Under the pieces are notes generated by a model that was given only the letters and a program-made list of their open reading frames with translations, had not been told where the DNA came from and ran no database searches. A DNA stretch of 64,000 nucleotides from Eledone cirrhosa (taxonomy: Eukaryota), in NCBI GenBank assembly GCA_964016885.1, contig OZ024741.1, forward strand, positions 395,932,001 to 395,996,000. Reading direction: 5' to 3'. The translations under genes were made by a program, and so were the position numbers. Positions 62,075-64,000 of this stretch are shown here, one piece after another; position 1 is the first letter of the stretch, and every line of letters begins with the position of its first letter.

Positions 62075-64000
62075 CATTTATTTGGACTGGATGTTGGTGG
62101 GATAGGGTAGGGGTAGTGGATTGGGGTGTATATTTGGTTAAGAGGTGCCTACTGACGGTAGGTTTCGCTTTGTACATAGGCAAGGCGGGTCTTTGTATTA
62201 CTGCGTAGCGCCAAAGATCTCGGTCCAGTGACATTGTCTTGGAGAGGTGTAAGTGTGTAAGGTCTGAATTTATCAGATTGTCCCAGGTTTTTCTGGGTCT
62301 ACCTACTCCGTAACTACCACAATTTTGATCGCCCTGCACTTTTTTATACAGCTGTCATCTTTCATGCGCATCACGTGGCCATACCAACGTAGTCTTCTCT
62401 CGAGTAAACAGCATCTGATCCGTCTTATTCCTAATTTCTTACTTAGTTCATTTATATTTTGCCATTCAGGTATATTACTATTACACATCCAACGGAGCAT
62501 GCATGCTTCGTTCCTTTCCAGTCTACATAGGTCCTCTGCACGTAATGCCCATGTCTCACTGCCATGTAGCATTGCTGTTCGTATACAGGTATCATACAGT
62601 TTGCCTTTCATTTTTAGAGAGAAACAGCGGTATAAGCTCTCTGAACTTTTTCCATCCCGTTCTGACTCTAGCTACTGTACTTTCAGAACACCCTCCACCA
62701 CTGCTGATTTCGTCACCCAGGTAACGGAAAGTGTCTACTATTTCTATAGAACCATCTGGGCAATAGAAGGGGCTAGTATCCTGTGGACACTTGCTACTTA
62801 TTGCACCTGACCATCGGCCACATATAAAGTCTACGTTCTTAGATAGTTTACCTGTGATCCCACTACATCTTTTATGTACCCATACTTTGCATTTGGGACA
62901 CAAAATTGAATTTCTGCCTACTCCTTTCCTACACACTGAGCAAGGCCATTTCCATGAGGGTACCTGTGCCTTATTTTCCTTTCTACCAACTAGAACTTTA
63001 GTCTTAGACAAGTTAACTTTAAGGCCTTTTGATTCTAGGCCATGCTTCCATGTTTGGAATTTCTTCTCTAGTTCAGCCATTGATTCAGCTATGCGCGTTA
63101 GATCATCTGCATATAGAAGTTCCCATGGGCAGCCGGTCTTGAACTCCTCTGTTATAGCCTGAGGGCAATAATAAATAGGAGGGGGTTAAGGACAGAGCCT
63201 TGGTGAACACCAATTTTTACACTAAATTCTTAACAATATTCATTGTTAATTCTAACCTTACTGACTGTTTCATTATACATAGCTTGTATAGCTCTCACAA
63301 GCCATTCATCTACACCTAGTGTTTTAAGAGCCCACCAGATAATGGAGCGGGGGACACTGTCAAAGGCTTTTTCCAAGTCTACAAAAGCTAAGTAGAGGGG
63401 TTTACTTTTAGCTAGGTACTTCTCTTGTAGTTGTCATACAAGGAAACGAGCGTCTGTGGTACTTTTACCTGACACAAACCCAAACTGCATTTCATCTAGA
63501 TCAATTCGCTCTCTGATTAGTTGCGCTATAACTCTTTCTGTGACCTTCATGACCTGGTCAACTAACTTAATGCCTCTATAGTTTCCTCTATCTAGAGCAT
63601 CTCCTTTACCCTTGTAGCAGTTAATGATGATGTTGCTATGACCCCATTCTGTATTACTTGGTTAACTATACGGGTGACCATAGTATGTCCCACCATTCCA
63701 GATGCCTTCAACATCTCAGCAACTATCTCCGAAGGCCCAGCTGCCTTGCCTGTCTTCATATCTTTGATTGCCTTACTTATTATACTACCTTTAACTTGCA
63801 CCGCTGGTCCTTCTATTGGATCGATTTGGGGCAGACTATCTTTTTCCCACTTATTCTCCTCATTTAATAGTCTCTCGTAGTGACACTTCCAGGCTATCTT
63901 CCTATCAGCATCAGTGAGGGCAAGTACACCGTTATCATTATGGACACCTTTCCGACAATATCACGGTTTTCCTTGACACATTGTCTAGCAATCCTGAACA
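62075..64000 (-). mobile_element. decayed RTE-clade LINE (RT domain, PHD-like insert, C-terminus); runs off the window
   Basis: MKTGKAAGPSEIVAEMLK, AFVDLEKAFDSVPR, GVHQGSVL, LLYADDL, FRYLGD, MLHGSETWA and RRLRWYGHVMRM; several frameshifts. Confidence 0.92.

Overview
AT-rich, repeat-dense eukaryotic DNA. The (TA)n/(ATC)n microsatellites and SINE/RTE families look cephalopod-like (probably an octopod); this is an impression from memory and was not verified. One spliced + strand gene spans almost the whole window: an IWS1/Spn1 orthologue with 16 coding exons from ATG 1680 to TGA 59685. All introns are GT-AG, the phases join correctly, and the CDS is 2565 nt (854 aa). The introns hold tRNA-derived SINEs, RTE/CR1/CRE retrotransposon fragments, TTAA (piggyBac-like) and TA (Tc1/mariner/pogo-like) MITEs, two Helitron-like elements and many tandem arrays. 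The very long ORFs in the track are artefacts of these arrays. Two patterns stand out. (1) Several sequence-unrelated, (TA)n-embedded fold-back elements carry type-I hammerhead ribozyme motifs of the Penelope/retrozyme type: one copy has a complete core (minus strand, 55085-55152) and about ten others are half-deleted or core-mutated. (2) Internal segments of three different TE classes have been amplified into tandem arrays up to 11 kb while the parent flanks are kept; several of the units are bounded by inverted repeats.
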